A stretch of DNA of 63,306 nucleotides, filler included, from Chiloscyllium plagiosum (GCF_004010195.1; 4 parts of 4 records of this genome joined end to end with filler, not necessarily neighbours in it); one strand, 5' to 3'; shown: positions 1 through 13,208, counted from the first letter of the whole stretch. Notes: generated from the sequence alone by a model not told the origin. A program made the numbers and translations.

Positions 1-960
1 GTGTTGATTTCCGTGCTATGTCTCTTACATACCAATGATGGAGACTCAAATTTAGGAGGATTAACCAGTGAATTCACAGATGAAATGAAAACTGTCATGT
101 GGGTAAGTCATGAGCATAATGGCTTTAGATTGCAGGAGGATATAAAAGGGTTGGTTGTATGTGAAGAGAAAAGTTGCAAATGGAAATTATTCTGGATAAA
201 TGTAAGGCGATGTAATTCGGCAGAGGAATCTGTGAGGTATGATGTTTTGAATGGTGGAACCCTGGAAAGGCCTGAGGATCTTTGGCACATGTACCCACCG
301 ATCCCCTATAGTACTGTGTCGTCTGGATAAAGAGGCTAAGAAAGTGGGAGGATATTTGCTTTTATTAGCTTAGACATTGACAATGAAGAGTAGGGAGATG
401 ATACTGGAACTTAATAGAACACTGGTTAGGCCACACTGAAGCGTTGTGTGCATGTTATCGAAGGAATGTGATTACACTGAAGGCAGTATTGATGAGATTT
501 GCCTGGATCTTGCCTGGGTTGGAGGGTTTTAGTTATGAAACTAAATTAGATAGACAGGGGTTTTCCTTAGAGCAGAGGATAATTAGGGAGAAGGTTATCA
601 TGATGTCTAGAATTATTTTAGGCATAGACAGGGTCAACTGGATGAAATCTTTCCCCTTGATGGAAAGATCAATGCCTCAGGGGCACAGGGTGAAGGTAAG
701 GCCTGGACCTTCAAGTGGATCTCAGGAGAAAACAAAATCAAACAGAGGGTGGTGTTAGCCTGGAGCTCAGCACCTATAAGTCATGTAGAGACTGAGCCCC
801 TCATAAGAAATATGAAGTATTGAGATGTATCCTTGCAAGGGTAAGTCACATAAGGCAAATGGATCATGTGCTGGCACATGAGACTGGAATAGTTAGGTGG
901 CTGTTATTGATAGGCGTGAACTGGGATAGATCAAAGGGCCTTTTTTGTGCTGTATAAGGT
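1..960 (+). mobile_element. Highly degenerate CR1/HER1-like LINE, 3' part of the reverse transcriptase and tail
   Basis: Broken CR1 RT C-terminal motifs (LVRPH..., RRNVITL.AV..RF..ILPGLEGFSY) with stops and frameshifts. Boundaries are approximate. Confidence 0.6.
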
Positions 961-1043
961 GATTCTGTGAAAACGGTTAAAAATAATGCCTTATTCATAT
1001 TAATCCCAGATGCTCTGTTTATCTCAGTTCCCACAACACATAC

Positions 1044-1349
1044 CTGGACATGGCATTTCTTTGCTCTTGTGTGACCCGTTGTGTTGAACCTCACAGTAGA
1101 TTTTGCTGGGGCAACCTAACGCTGACTCGGGCAGGGTTAACTGGCTGCTCAGGGTGTAGGTTCCCTTCTTGTTTCTCACTATTGGGTAAGTCTTCAATCC
1201 AGTCATGATTAGCTCCCCACCTTTCTTCCAGGTTACCTTGGTGACGTCAGGGGAATAGTCCATCGCTAAACAACCAAAGATTGCAGAACCGGTGTTGTGC
1301 TCCTGACAGGAGGAGACCAGGCCATAAAGCGTGGGGGGAGACGGTGTCT
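1044..1349 (-). CDS. IGHM: Immunoglobulin mu heavy chain constant exon CH1 (cluster A)
   Basis: 306-bp open exon with a phase-1 acceptor (ttctattgtag|AG) and donor (CCAG|gtatgt). It translates (E)[44 protein letters not shown]...YTLSSQLTL...[19 protein letters not shown], a C1-set domain with the Cys-Trp-Cys triad that resembles shark IgM CH1. It is in frame with JH at 12145-12192. Confidence 0.93.
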
Positions 1350-1689
1350 CTACAATAGAATTACCATGCTAGTTTCTGTTCATTTGACCTTATCAGTTAT
1401 TCAAATGTATCCTCAGCTGTAAACGTTTGCCAGCATGCTCCCGCTGAGTCTACAGCATAACTGGGGTTTATTTTTGTTTCCTACCAGTTGCTGATCATGA
1501 TCATTGGTTCCCTCTTTAGAAACATGCCCTCGACCTTGACCATTGCCATATAATTTAGGAAGAAGAACATCCTGATCCCACCCCAGTAACTGTTTGAAGA
1601 TCTCACCAACTGACACTTTCACAGGATTGCTGTGAAGAGCAGAGAAGTTTCACAAAATACAAACCAAGGAAATGCAGATTCATCGAAAT

Positions 1690-2005
1690 TCTACAGTGTG
1701 TGCAAACAGACCATTTGGCCCAACAAGTCAACACCCACCCTCTGAAAAGTAACGCATCCAGACCCATTCCCCTACCCTATTATGCTACAGTTAACCCTGA
1801 CTAATGCAGCTAAACTCCCAATCACTGAATACAACATTTGCAATTCCCCCAGCTTGCACATCTTTGGACTGTGGGAGGAAACGCACACAAACATGGGGAG
1901 AAAGTGCCAACTGCACACAGACAGTCGCCCGAGGCTGGAACGGAACCCGAGTCCCTAGCACTATGAGGCAGCAGCGCTAACCAGGGAACCAGCGTGCTGC
2001 CCCAC
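1690..2005 (-). mobile_element. HE1-like tRNA-derived SINE (V-SINE type)
   Basis: Reverse complement of the family head (ggttagcgctgctgcctcatagtgctagggactcgggttc) and the central ...cccacagtccaaagatgtgc core. Same family as 62068-62372. Confidence 0.75.
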
Positions 2006-2072
2006 TAGGTACCGTGCTGCTGGAAATACCTAACAGCTGGCAGTACCCCCGGAGAGAAATCAAAATGAATCA

Positions 2073-2345
2073 TAGAACATAGAACATTACAGTGCAGTAG
2101 AGACCCTTCGGCCCTCGATGTTGCGCTGCCCTGTCATACTAATCTGAAGCCCATCCCACCTATACTATTCCATGTACGTCCATTTGCCTGTCCAATGACG
2201 ACTTAAATGTACTTAAACTTGGCGAATCTACTACCGTTGCATACCCTTACTACTCTGAGTAAAGAAACTACCTCTGACATCTGTCTTATACCTATCTCCC
2301 CTCACAGTAAAGTTGTGTCACCTTGTGTTTGCCGTCCCCATACTT
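2073..2345 (-). mobile_element. CR1/HER1-like LINE 3' end fragment
   Basis: catagaa-type tail repeat plus a 3' UTR matching the reverse complement of 3280-3490. Confidence 0.65.
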
Positions 2346-2819
2346 GAAAATCAGGTTCAGTGAGCCTTCCTCACTTATCAATGCAAGGCGGAATGTTCTC
2401 TCTGGGAGGGAGGTCACTGCAGCAGCAGCACAGGCAGGAGCTGAGCACTGGGACTAGGAGGATGGCTGTCATGGCTGAACTCATGCCAATTGTCTGGAAG
2501 TTGAAACATCTCATTTACAATTATCTGAATTCTGGAGGCCTCTGAAAAATGGAGGACCATTAAGGTTCAGAGACTTTGGATCGTTACAGCTGAGTATTTA
2601 CGTATATGATTTGAGAAATGAACAAGTGAACTTTAACTTTAATAACTATCAAACTGACACGCAGTTCACCACCAAAGCTCATCTTTCAGACTAACCACTG
2701 CACTTACTCTGTCTAGACCTAAATTCCCACTCACATTGACAAACCCTACCCTGCTATACACCCATTCATGCCCGGAATACACAACCGCTATCACACGAAA
2801 CACATCCAAGGCAATCCAT

Positions 2820-3490
2820 ATTGGTAGTGTAGCTGAGCAGAGAGATCTCGGTGTCCATGTACATAGATCCCTAAAAGTTGCCAGCAAGTTTGATAGAGTT
2901 GTTAAGAAGGCATACTTTGTGTTGGCTTTCATCGGTAGAGGGACTGAGTTTCAGAACCACGAGGTTAGGCTGCAGCCGTACAAAATTCTGGTGAGGCCAC
3001 ACTTGGGAGTATTGTGTACTGTTCTGGTCACCACATTACAGAAAGAATGTGGAAGCTTTGGAAGACTTCAGAGAAGGTTTACCAGGATGTTGTTTGGTAT
3101 GGTGGGAAGGTTTAATGAGGAAAGGATGAGGGTCTTGAGGCTGTTTTTATTTGAGAGAAGAAGGTTGAGAGGTTACTTAATTGAGACATAAAAGATAAAC
3201 AGAGGGTGGACAGTGAAAGTCTTTTTCCTTGAATAGTGATGGCTAGCAGGAGAGGACATAGATGACAGATGTCAGAGGTTGTTTCTTTACTCAGAGAGTA
3301 GTAGGGCCATGGAACGCACTGCCTGCAACAATAGTACACTCGCCAACTTTAAGGGCATTTAAAAGGTCATTGGATAAACATATGGATGTAAATGGAATCG
3401 CGTAGGATAGATAGGCTTCAGATTGGTTCCACAGGTCAGCGCAACATCGAGGGCTGAAAGGCCTGTACTGCACTGTAATGTTCTATATTC
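2820..3490 (+). mobile_element. CR1/HER1-like LINE, 5'-truncated RT C-terminus and 3' UTR
   Basis: QRDLGVHVHRSLKVASKFDRVVKKAY.VLAFIGRG.E...YKILVRPHL is a typical CR1 RT C-terminal segment. Confidence 0.85.
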
Positions 3491-4014
3491 CAGATGGACA
3501 TATGATCTCAATNNNNNNNNNNNNNNNNNNNNNNNNNNNNNNNNNNNNNNNNNNNNNNNNNNNNNNNNNNNNNNNNNNNNNNNNNNNNNNNNNNNNNNNN
3601 NNNNNNNNNNNACCCACCATTTTGCCAGACTCCGAGCTTTGCATTTTGACAACACGTCCCCCTGTCACTTCATTACAGTGACCTTCCACCCCCGAAACAT
3701 CCTGGCACTCTGCCCACCTCTACACTAACCAGCCCGGCACACTGTTCACCTCTCCATAAACCAGCCTGGCAAAGACAGACCTCCTGCATTTCAGCTCAAA
3801 CTACCCCTCACCTACCAAGCACAATTCGACCAAATTATCCTGTGACCATTACCATTTACCTTGATGCCACCTTGCCAGACAGAGTGCATGCAAGCTTACC
3901 AAGTAGCCAGCCAACACCTCACAGCCTATCAGCCCAAACTCTCCCACATGCCCAATCTCGCCCCTCACTTGCTCACCACCTTCCAACTTTGAGCCGACTC
4001 CACCATAAAGTCAG

Positions 4015-4660
4015 TGAGTCATAAAGTCGTACAGCACAGAAACAGTTCCTTTGGTCCAGCTCATCCATGCTGACCAGAGTTCCCAAATTAAACTAATTCC
4101 ACTTGCTTGCCTTTGGCCCATATCCATCCAGACCTATCCAGTTGCTGGAGCTGTTCAAATGTCTTCTAAATGTTGGACCTATCTCTGCATTTACCACTTC
4201 CTCTGGCAGTTCATTCCAATGTTTTGGACAGTTACAACATGAAGCCCTAACCCCTGCACTCAGTGCTCTGACCAATGAAGGTACATGTGCCAAACACCTT
4301 CAATACACTCCGTACTTGAGACAATGCTTTCACGAATCTATGAGTCTGAACCCTCAGGGTCCTCAGTGTTCAACATCACTACCCAGTGCCCTAACATTAA
4401 CTCTGTAAGAATCTATGAGTCTGGACCCTCAGGGTCCTCAGTGTTCAACATCACTACCCAGTGCCCTAACATTAACTCTGTAAGTTGTGACCTGACTTGT
4501 CTTCTCAAAAAGCAACACGTCGTATTCATTTAAATTAAACTCCATCTGCCACTCCTCAGCCCATTGGCCCAGCTGATCAAGATCTCATTGTACGTTTAGA
4601 TAACTTTCACTGCCAGTTATACCACCAATGTTGACATTACGTGCAAACTTACAAACCATG
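4015..4660 (-). mobile_element. CR1-like LINE fragments containing a 72-bp tandem duplication (about 4336-4480)
   Basis: WNELPEEVV motif on the minus strand; the block aatctatgagtctg...acattaactctgtaag occurs twice. Confidence 0.6.
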
Positions 4661-4747
4661 CCCCATTCAATGTTTTCATGGCTTTCAACCAATATTGTAG
4701 CCTGTTTCCCTTTCTCCCACATATCCGTAGCATTTTTTTAAGGATTG

Positions 4748-5812
4748 AAGAAATCTATCTCCTTATTGAAATAATTTAATGTTTTGTCCTCAATCAATTT
4801 CTGTGGTGGAGAATTCCAAAGGTTCACCATTCTTTTTCTGAACAGTAAACAATCAGGTTCAATGTTTTCGGTGTGTTGGGAAGACTGGTGAGCAGCAAGA
4901 TTAATGATGATCCCATGAATGGAATAGCCTTCTAGAGGGGCCGAGGTGCCTTCTTCACCTTCCATTTTNNNNNNNNNNNNNNNNNNNNNNNNNNNNNNNN
5001 NNNNNNNNNNNNNNNNNNNNNNNNNNNNNNNNNNNNNNNNNNNNNNNNNNNNNNNNNNNNNNNNNNNNNNNNNNNNNNNNNNNNNNNNNNNNNNNNNNNN
5101 NNNNNNNNNNNNNNNNNNNNNNNNNNNNNNNNNNNNNNNNNNNNNNNNNNNNNNNNNNNNNNNNNNNNNNNNNNNNNNNNNNNNNNNNNNNNNNNNNNNN
5201 NNNNNNNNNNNNNNNNNNNNNNNNNNNNNNNNNNNNNNNNNNNNNNNNNNNNNNNNNNNNNNNNNNNNNNNNNNNNNNNNNNNNNNNNNNNNNNNNNNNN
5301 NNNNNNNNNNNNNNNNNNNNNNNNNNNNNNNNNNNNNNNNNNNNNNNNNNNNNNNNNNNNNNNNNNNNNNNNNNNNNNNNNNNNNNNNNNNNNNNNNNNN
5401 NNNNNNNNNNNNNNNNNNNNNNNNNNNNNNNNNNNNNNNNNNNNNNNNNNNNNNNNNNNNNNNNNNNNNNNNNNNNNNNNNNNNNNNNNNNNNNNNNNNN
5501 NNNNNNNNNNNNNNNNNNNNNNNNNNNNNNNNNNNNNNNNNNNNNNNNNNNNNNNNNNNNNNNNNNNNNNNNNNNNNNNNNNNNNNNNNNNNNGGAATCT
5601 ATCTCCTTATTGAAATCATTTAATGTTTTGTCCTCAATCAATTTCTGTGGTGGAGAATTCCAAAGGTTCACCATTCTTTTGCTGGACAGTAAACAATCAG
5701 GTTCAATGTTATCGGTGTGTTGGGAAGTCTGGTGAGCAGCAAGATTAATGATGATCCCATGAATGGAGTAGCATTCCAGAGGGGCCGAGATGCCTTCTTC
5801 AGATTCCATTTT
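4748..5812. repeat. ~220-bp direct duplication on either side of an N gap (4748-4968 and 5594-5812)
   Basis: Similar but not identical sequences flank the gap; the ORF-track peptides match. Confidence 0.8.
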
Positions 5813-8800
5813 GCATGCTGACATGTCCCTTCAGCAGCATGTTCCAAAACTGTGATCCTTGAGGATAAGGGCGCACATGCGTGTAAATGCTTCACCTGAA
5901 AGCTCTCCTCCAAATTAGACTTTAACTTGACTCTCAACTATTTCCCTGCTCGTTTCCTCTTCCTCAATCACAGCCATGGGACTCACTTCCTAACAGCGCT
6001 GTGAATGTGCTAATACCACACAAACTTCAGCAATTCAAATAGGCTGATGATAACTGGTTTCTCAAGGCGATATAAAAAGTCTGACACTTCCACACCTGTC
6101 TAGGGATTCAAACAACCACTGGAAGAATTGAAAATTATTTGAGGCACTTGTGTGTCTACACAAGATGACATGGTTTCCTTTTGTGTGATTTGATTGTGTT
6201 TTCACTGAATGAACAGAGCTATTTCTTAATCATACAATAGGAATGAAGCTTCCCTTATTTTTAGCAAGGCAATCACACATTATATTTCTTTATTCCAGGG
6301 AAGTATAGGGTTAAGTTAATGAAATATGATGATTGGGATGTTTCAATTGGAAATTGTCAGAGATTTAAAGTTTACTTTCATGAGCAATTAATTCCAGCCT
6401 CATTGTGTCACAGTACTCACAGGAACGTCTTCCAGAAAGGGTGTCTCCCTTGGTTATGGGCAGTCAAATCAGTAAATCTGGGATAGTTTTTGCTTGTTAA
6501 TCAAAGGTGTTGAAGAGTTTTAGCCAAAGGGAGACCTGTGGATTTAGCTCACAGATGCTCCATGATCTAAGTAAGTGGTGGAACAGCTCGAGGGGCTGAG
6601 TGCCCTCCTCTTGCTCCTACCTTCCTATCATTGTGTCATTCATTAAGCTAGTACTGGTGGTGAACACTTTTTATTAAAATATTTCAACAAATTAATTGTT
6701 TCACACATGTTTTAAAAAAAACCTTCTGTTGATTATTTAGAACGGGATCGTTGACATTCTCTATTTGAGTGATCAAAATAACTTCTACCCAATTACAGCA
6801 GCCACTGCGCTCTGGAGTGTGTTGTTACTTCATAATAGTTTCTTGTGAAACTACAGCTCGAGATCAAGGCGCTCAAATTCAATGATTCTCTGATATTTAA
6901 TATCTCTGAACATTCGCAATTTGTTCAAATGCATCTTTTCTCTGAAGAACGTGTTTAATCGAACAGAACTTTTTTCAATGAAACAACACATTTTAAATGC
7001 TAGAAAACCAAAATAAAGACAGAAATTTCTGAAGAAACTCAGCAGGTCTAGCAGCTCCTGTGGAGAGAAGGCAAGGTGAACCTTTCGCATCCAGAGACCC
7101 CCCTCTTCAGCAAATTGTTTTCATGTTTTTGGCACAAGAGCTCACAACCTGTTGAGATAAGCAGTGATTACGTTGGCTTGACTCCTGTTGGAAAAAGGAT
7201 TCTTAGCAGAGGTACAGGATGGTCTGAGAAAGCAATTGAAGACCAACTGAAAAGCTATCACCATCTGCTGCAAGTGTTGGATTCAGAGGAACTCCCACTG
7301 TACTGAACATCAAATTCAGCTACAGCACTGGTTTAATATAAAGTAAAACAGCCTAAGCATAATCTCATCAAATATGCTTCGAAAATGATTCTTTTGGGTT
7401 AGTTATAAATGATATTGTTAGAACAGCAAGCCAATAGCTGGGATTTATTTGAGCACCTACTCCATTAACCCCATCCATCGATGCCCAAAAGCTTGTGAAG
7501 AAATATTGATCTGGAAAAAGCTGCTAACCACCAAAATTCTGTTTAATATCTAAGAGACACAAGTCAGGACAGCGATTGAATAGATTTCATTGGCCTCTGT
7601 GAGTGGAATTCCAACAAACACCCAAACATGTCAATCTGCTTTCTTGCACTGAAGTAACCTGATAAGAGATTTTGTTACATACCTCTCTAACAGGTTGTAA
7701 GTGAACACAGGCCACCTGGCACAGAATCAGGGACTCTACTACAACTTCACAACAGACCTGAATACAATGAGCTTGACACTATCACGGAGAACACAGCCCA
7801 CCTGTTTTGACAGTACATAAACCATGTTAGTTATTATCACCTTCCAACAACCAGGGATTGTTCCAAAATGTTTGTACAATGAAAGTAACATTTTAACATT
7901 TATCCAAGAATGCTTTGACAGCAGCTCCAAATTGTTCAAACTCTATGGGAACTACAGAGGAATAAATCTAGTAATTGCATTGCCATCAATTCACTGTCAC
8001 TGGATTCCAACCTAGAACTCCCTTCCTCTTTCCCCTGTGAATGTTGCTGCACCAGACGGCCTACTTAGTTTGGTAAAGATTAAAATGTTTTGAAGTGTAA
8101 TATGACCGTTGCCAGTGATATTAAAAGCTGATAATAGGTTTTCAAATAATAAGATGCAAAAAAAATTTCAAAACTCTTGCTATCTGCCTTTTGTTCCTGA
8201 AACGTTCGTTCTGATTGGAACAAGTTAGTCAGGGCTCTCAATTCTGAGGCACCTAATCGAATATTGTATTTCTGGCAGATAAAAGTGGTTTTGAAGCGCG
8301 AAATGAAATTGAACTGTCTGAGATTCAGGTATCCGAACAGGACAATTTACAAATGGTCAGGACCGTTGACAAGTTAGTCGGAGATAGCACTGAAGCAAAC
8401 TGCACAACAGACTTAATCCTAGAGGATACATTGCTCAACTCCTCACGTCAAATATATTCATTGTAATTGAACATTCATCAGAGGAACTAACCAGTGGATG
8501 AATGTGAACGAGAATGTGTTCACAATGAACATAAATAACCACTGAGTTAATAAACTTAATAAGTCATTGTATTTAACAAAATTATTGAGGTGGGAAATAT
8601 CGCCAATTAAAGCACAGATCCGGAGGAAATGGATTATTCTCTAAATTATTTTTACATATTCTTAAAACGATCCTTGAACTGTGGAGATTTTGCATGCACT
8701 GCATACAGTCCATACTGCATTCCAGTGTGGAAAGCATTTCTGTTGATGGAATTAGGGCGAGGTCATTTTCTTGTTAACTGCTTTTAATGAACGAAAATGT

Positions 8801-8869
8801 TTAAAAAGGTATGAATTGAAAACATGCTTCTGTCTGGAGTTGCCCGCTTTAGCGGATGTCTAAGTAAAT

Positions 8870-9160
8870 GTGGGCACTGCTGCCTCACAGAACCAGGTAC
8901 CCAGGCTCGGTTCCAGCCTCGGGTGACTGCCTATGCGGAGTTTACACAATGTCCCCTGTGTCTGTGTGGGTTTCCTCCCACAATCCAAAGATGTGCATGT
9001 CAGGTGAACTGGTCATGCTATATCCTCCATAGTGTTAGGTGCATTAGTCAGGGGTAAATATAGGGTAGGGGAATGGGTCTGGGTGTTTTACTCTTCAGAG
9101 GGTTGGTGTGGACTTGTTGGGCCAAATGGCTCGATACATACTGCAGGAAATCTAATCTAA
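8870..9160 (+). mobile_element. HE1-like SINE (degenerate)
   Basis: gcactgctgcctcacag head, acaatccaaagatgtgc core and aatctaatcta tail. Confidence 0.7.
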
Positions 9161-9404
9161 ATGATTGCCACACTTAACTAATGTGAGCAGATTCCTTCCG
9201 ATCGCTACAATGCAATAAATCGGTCAAGTATATTAATTAAAATAAATATTACTCTATTTTCAGTGTCTGAATAAACAATGTGCTCTGTTATCCTCTAGTT
9301 CATGTCTTCTGCAAATTTGTGAACTCTGCCAACGTCTGAACACATCGATGTAAAATTATTTCTCTGTGTTTGCAGCAATTACTCACATGATTTTAAGAGT
9401 AGAG

Positions 9405-9742
9405 TTCCTACAGTATGGAAACAGGCTATTTGGCCCAACAATTCCACACTGACCCTCTGGACAGTAGGTCGCCCACCCCCATTACCCTTAATTTATATTT
9501 ACCCCTGACGAATGCACCCTAACTTACACATCCCTGAACACTATGGCTGTGCTAAATTGCACAATCACCTGACCTGCACACCTTTTGGACTGTGGTAGGA
9601 AACCAGAGCGCCCGAAAGAAACCCACGCAGACAAAGGGAGAATGTGCAAACTCCACACAGGCAGTCACCCGAGAATGGAATCGAATTTGGAACCCTGGCG
9701 CTGTGAGGCAGCAGTGCCAACCACTGAGCCACCATGCTGCCC
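9405..9742 (-). mobile_element. HE1-like SINE
   Basis: Minus strand reads ggcagcatggtggctcagtggttggcactgctgcctcacagcgccagggttccaaattcgattcc, with pol III A/B-box-like motifs. Confidence 0.8.
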
Positions 9743-11340
9743 TGCGAGTTCATGAGTAGATTATTTTAATTAATTCGAAATTTGGCCTTGGTCACATAAT
9801 TCACTATAGCAGTTGTCCCTGAAAGAATGACATTTCAGTTGATATTTTGTTGTAAAATGTAACTATTTATTTAAAATGCACAGATTGGGAACACCTAAAG
9901 CAGTGTGCAGATAAAATAATTCAGTTAATGTTTTATTTTTATCCTGCAAATCCAGTTTACTCAGGGACATACCAATTAATTAACTCAAGTTACTTGTGAA
10001 ATTGATCTGTTCTTCATAGAATTGAGCAGAATTTCCAAATGGTCTTTGCCAACGATCTTTTCCAGCCAGAAAAATATGTATGTAGTGTACAGCGGAATTG
10101 AAAGGTGTTTGGTGATCAATTTTAACACAGTCATGGCATTTTTGCTCAAGAGCAAGAACTATTAGAACATTAAACTTTTGAAATTCTATTTATATTTCTC
10201 TATGACTTGCAAACTGTTTAAAGACAGACCCTGTGATTGAACTAGATAGTTGAGTTCTAAATTTGGATTGTAAAGCATGGATTAGATTAATCCTTAATTA
10301 TTTATGTTAAGTGAAAATGGCGCCCGAAGGGCTCTGTTATCCCTTCATCTCTAAAACCTTTGCGATTTGCCTTTCACTTAATAATAGGCTTTACGAAATT
10401 TCAACTCGCATGCTGACTGCATTGAATGAGGAACCTGGAGCGGTTCACTGTCACCAACCGTGTTAACATTGCAAAAACAATGTAGAAACCAGAAACGGTT
10501 TCCCGAATATAACATTTTTAATGTTACCCAAGCACAGTCCCTCCTCAACAGATCAAAGATCACCAGATCACAACACGGTGTGTTTGGAGCAGAACTATCT
10601 CTGCAAACAGTTTCAACAGAACCAAGAACATGATGTAACCTCATAAAAACCCAAATTGTAGTCTAACAAAGCTGCCCAGAATCCAGCAAACTAATGATTA
10701 AATTGATTAGAAATAACAAGTCATAACAACAACCTTGTTTGTGAGGGACCTTAACACTTAAAGCTGTAAAGTTTCTGGCAACAGTTCAATTTATTTCCAA
10801 CCTGTACACCCTTCTTGATCGTTACAATATGGTGCAGCGCACAGTAGAGCGGTTGTAGGCATATATTGATTAATCACTTCATGGTAAAAACAAAATTACT
10901 GAATGGACAAATATTACCACATTATAATTTTAAGTTATTTTCAATTATGTAATCTGATCAATTCTGCAGTTTCAGATTTTAGTCCCAAATTTTATTTTGA
11001 ATTAGGCTACTCAAAACAAAATTCAGTTAGTTTACAATTAGAACTGAGTATTTTTTTTAAAAAGTCAATGCATTAAAAACTCGTTTTTCTTTCATTTCTC
11101 ACACTTCCGGGTTTCTGCCTTAAGTTGTTTTTCAGACCGTTACAAATGGATGTAATGTTTTCAATCAAGCAGAGAAAAATGTGTCATATAAGTTTAACAA
11201 ATTCAGAAATGATTCATGAAAAACAAAAGAACGTCACAAATATTGGTTATGAAAAGTAGTCCAGAGAGTCAATCTCCTCACTAGAAAAAAAAACACCGAA
11301 TACAGAAAGCATGAAAACGCAGATCAATTTCACAAACTGA

Positions 11341-11635
11341 ATAAGAATCCAATCAACTCAATTCAACAGGATCAAGGAAAATAAAATCAGAATCCAATCA
11401 ACTCAAAACAACAGATTTGAATGAAACATAATCAGAATCCAACCAATTCAATTCAACAGAATCAAATAAAACAATTTCAAAAGCCAATCAACACAATTCA
11501 ACAAAACCAAGTAAAAACAAAATCAGAATCTAATCAACACACTTCAACCGAATCAACGAAACCAAAGCCAAAATCCAATCAACTCAATTCAATAGAATCA
11601 AGTAAAACAAACTCAGAATCTAATCAACAGAAAGC
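11341..11635. repeat. Tandem array of a 45-bp unit (~6.5 copies) in the JH-Cmu intron
   Basis: Units start at 11341, 11386, 11431, 11476, 11522, 11567 and 11612. Consensus is approximately atcagaatccaatcaactcaattcaacagaatcaagtaaaacaaa. Confidence 0.9.
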
Positions 11636-12144
11636 AACATAACACCGCAAGAAATTTTTATGACAGTTTCTAACCTGCTTGTCATCAACCAAATTAACAA
11701 AACAAATGAGAAAATATAATCAGGGTAAGAACATATATTCAAGAAATTAATAATGATATTTTAGCATATTTTAATCATGTTTGGTAATATCTCGAACATC
11801 TTTGAATTCTTAGCGTTTGTTGTTGATAATAAAACTCACAGTCAGGATGTCGCTGACATTAAACATTATTTATAGCTGACTGATTAATAGACATTAGGTG
11901 TTTCAAGTAACCCAGCCACACAGAATGCCCATCTGATCAAAAAAGAGATACGTTGAGCAACTGACTCCATCATCACCCTTTTAACTATTTGCTGAGCCTT
12001 AACTGAAGTCTGTAATCAGTCTGTACAAAAATCAATCCGAACCAAACCAAACTCAGCACAGAATCTGAGTTTCATTTAATTCAGATATTAGTCACATGAA
12101 TAGAAAGTTTTTAAAAAGTCACTAAGAAAGTTCAAGGGTCTTAC

Positions 12145-12192
12145 CTGAAGTCACAGTCACCCTGGTCCCTTGGCCCCAGTAATCAGGATAGT
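12145..12192 (-). CDS. IGHJ: IgH joining segment JH (cluster A)
   Basis: YPDYWGQGTRVTVTS with the WGxG motif, followed by a phase-1 donor TCAG|gtaag. Confidence 0.97.
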
Positions 12193-12231
12193 CACAGTGT
12201 TACATTATCTGGACTGGGTCACACAATAACT
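12193..12231 (+). promoter_or_regulatory. 23-spacer RSS of JH (cluster A)
   Basis: CACAGTG at 12193-12199, a 23-bp spacer, then ACAATAACT at 12223-12231. Confidence 0.93.
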
Positions 12232-12558
12232 AGCTCTGCACAAAACAAAGAAAAAAATTACCATCATTTTAAATTTTCAGAACCACAGGCAAAATAAAGT
12301 CACGATAAATCTTCATCACATAATTGCGCTAGTGAATTCTGATCATTCTTGATAAATTTTAATACTGTTTTATACTTCACAGAGTAACACATGAGCTGAT
12401 TCTCAAAATCCCCAACTGGTGTATCGATAATTACCCAACACTTTTACAAATTAAATAGTGATACTGGCATTAAACCCCACAGAACTCATACTGCACTGCA
12501 AGTTATGACGGTTTGTAGAAGTAATCACTGACTAGTTTCAAATAATGGATGCTGAATA

Positions 12559-12629
12559 GGTTTTTCTATTGATCATAATTGCAGTGTCACCCCAGTTATA
12601 TCACTGTGAGACACGTTGTGTCAAATACT
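12559..12629 (-). other. IGHD: IgH diversity segment D2 (coding 12587-12601, ATATAACTGGGGTGA) flanked by two 12-spacer RSSs
   Basis: Minus strand: AGTATTTGA, 12 bp, CACAGTG, D, CACTGCA, 12 bp, AGAAAAACC. It matches D2 of cluster C (50912-50981). Confidence 0.9.
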
Positions 12630-12950
12630 ATGACAGACTGTAAACTGTAAAATGCAGGGAATTTCTTCACTTCCGAGAAAGCAGTGATTCAGACTCCTCT
12701 AAAAACGATCTGGTGCATTATTTCAGCTTTTACTATTCATTGTATTTTGAAAGCTTGGAATACTTTTCCAGGTTTGGTCTGCATTTAACTTGACAATCAA
12801 CACGAAGAAGGTAGAAAAAAATTATACATTTGTACAAACTAGCACTACTGGATTGCGTTTAAATTGCATCTCACATTATTTCTCNNNNNNNNNNNNNNNN
12901 NNNNNNNNNNNNNNNNNNNNNNNNNNNNNNNNNNNNNNNNNNNNNNNNNN

Positions 12951-13208
12951 CCATGTCCAACGCGAAAATGTTGTTTGAAGTGTCTTTGGACGCAGTAAAT
13001 CGACCCTTAACCGCTGGTGCATAGTAATTGCTGTTTGAATTATAGTAGTACAGCAACCACTCCAGACCCTGTCCGGGAACCTGTCGGACCCAGTTCATCC
13101 AGTAGCTGCCAAGATCGAACCCGCTGGTTTTACAGGTCAGTTTCAGGCTGCCAGCGGGACGGCCAGTCTCTGCCTCTGGCTGAGTCAACACAACCTCCGA
13201 CTGGACAC
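12951..13208 (-). CDS. IGHV: IgM-type VH exon (cluster A), 3' end lost in the N gap
   Basis: Acceptor tttttttaaag|GT, then [52 protein letters not shown]...[17 protein letters not shown]. The frame is open up to the gap. Confidence 0.95.

Noticed and set aside
4946-5824. Long ORFs in the track here and at 22.7-23.5, 53.6-54.8 and 59-61.6 kb
   Set aside because: They are open only because they run through N gaps.
11421-11642. Q/N/S-rich ORFs
   Set aside because: They are a by-product of the 45-bp repeat inside an intron, on the strand opposite the IgH gene.
12951-13208. IgNAR, IgW or TCR-associated V identity for the two VH segments
   Set aside because: Both have a full FR2/CDR2 and an IgM-like framework. 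Cluster C shows the two-D organisation, and cluster A leads to an IgM-like CH1. The isotype of cluster C is inferred only from homology to A.
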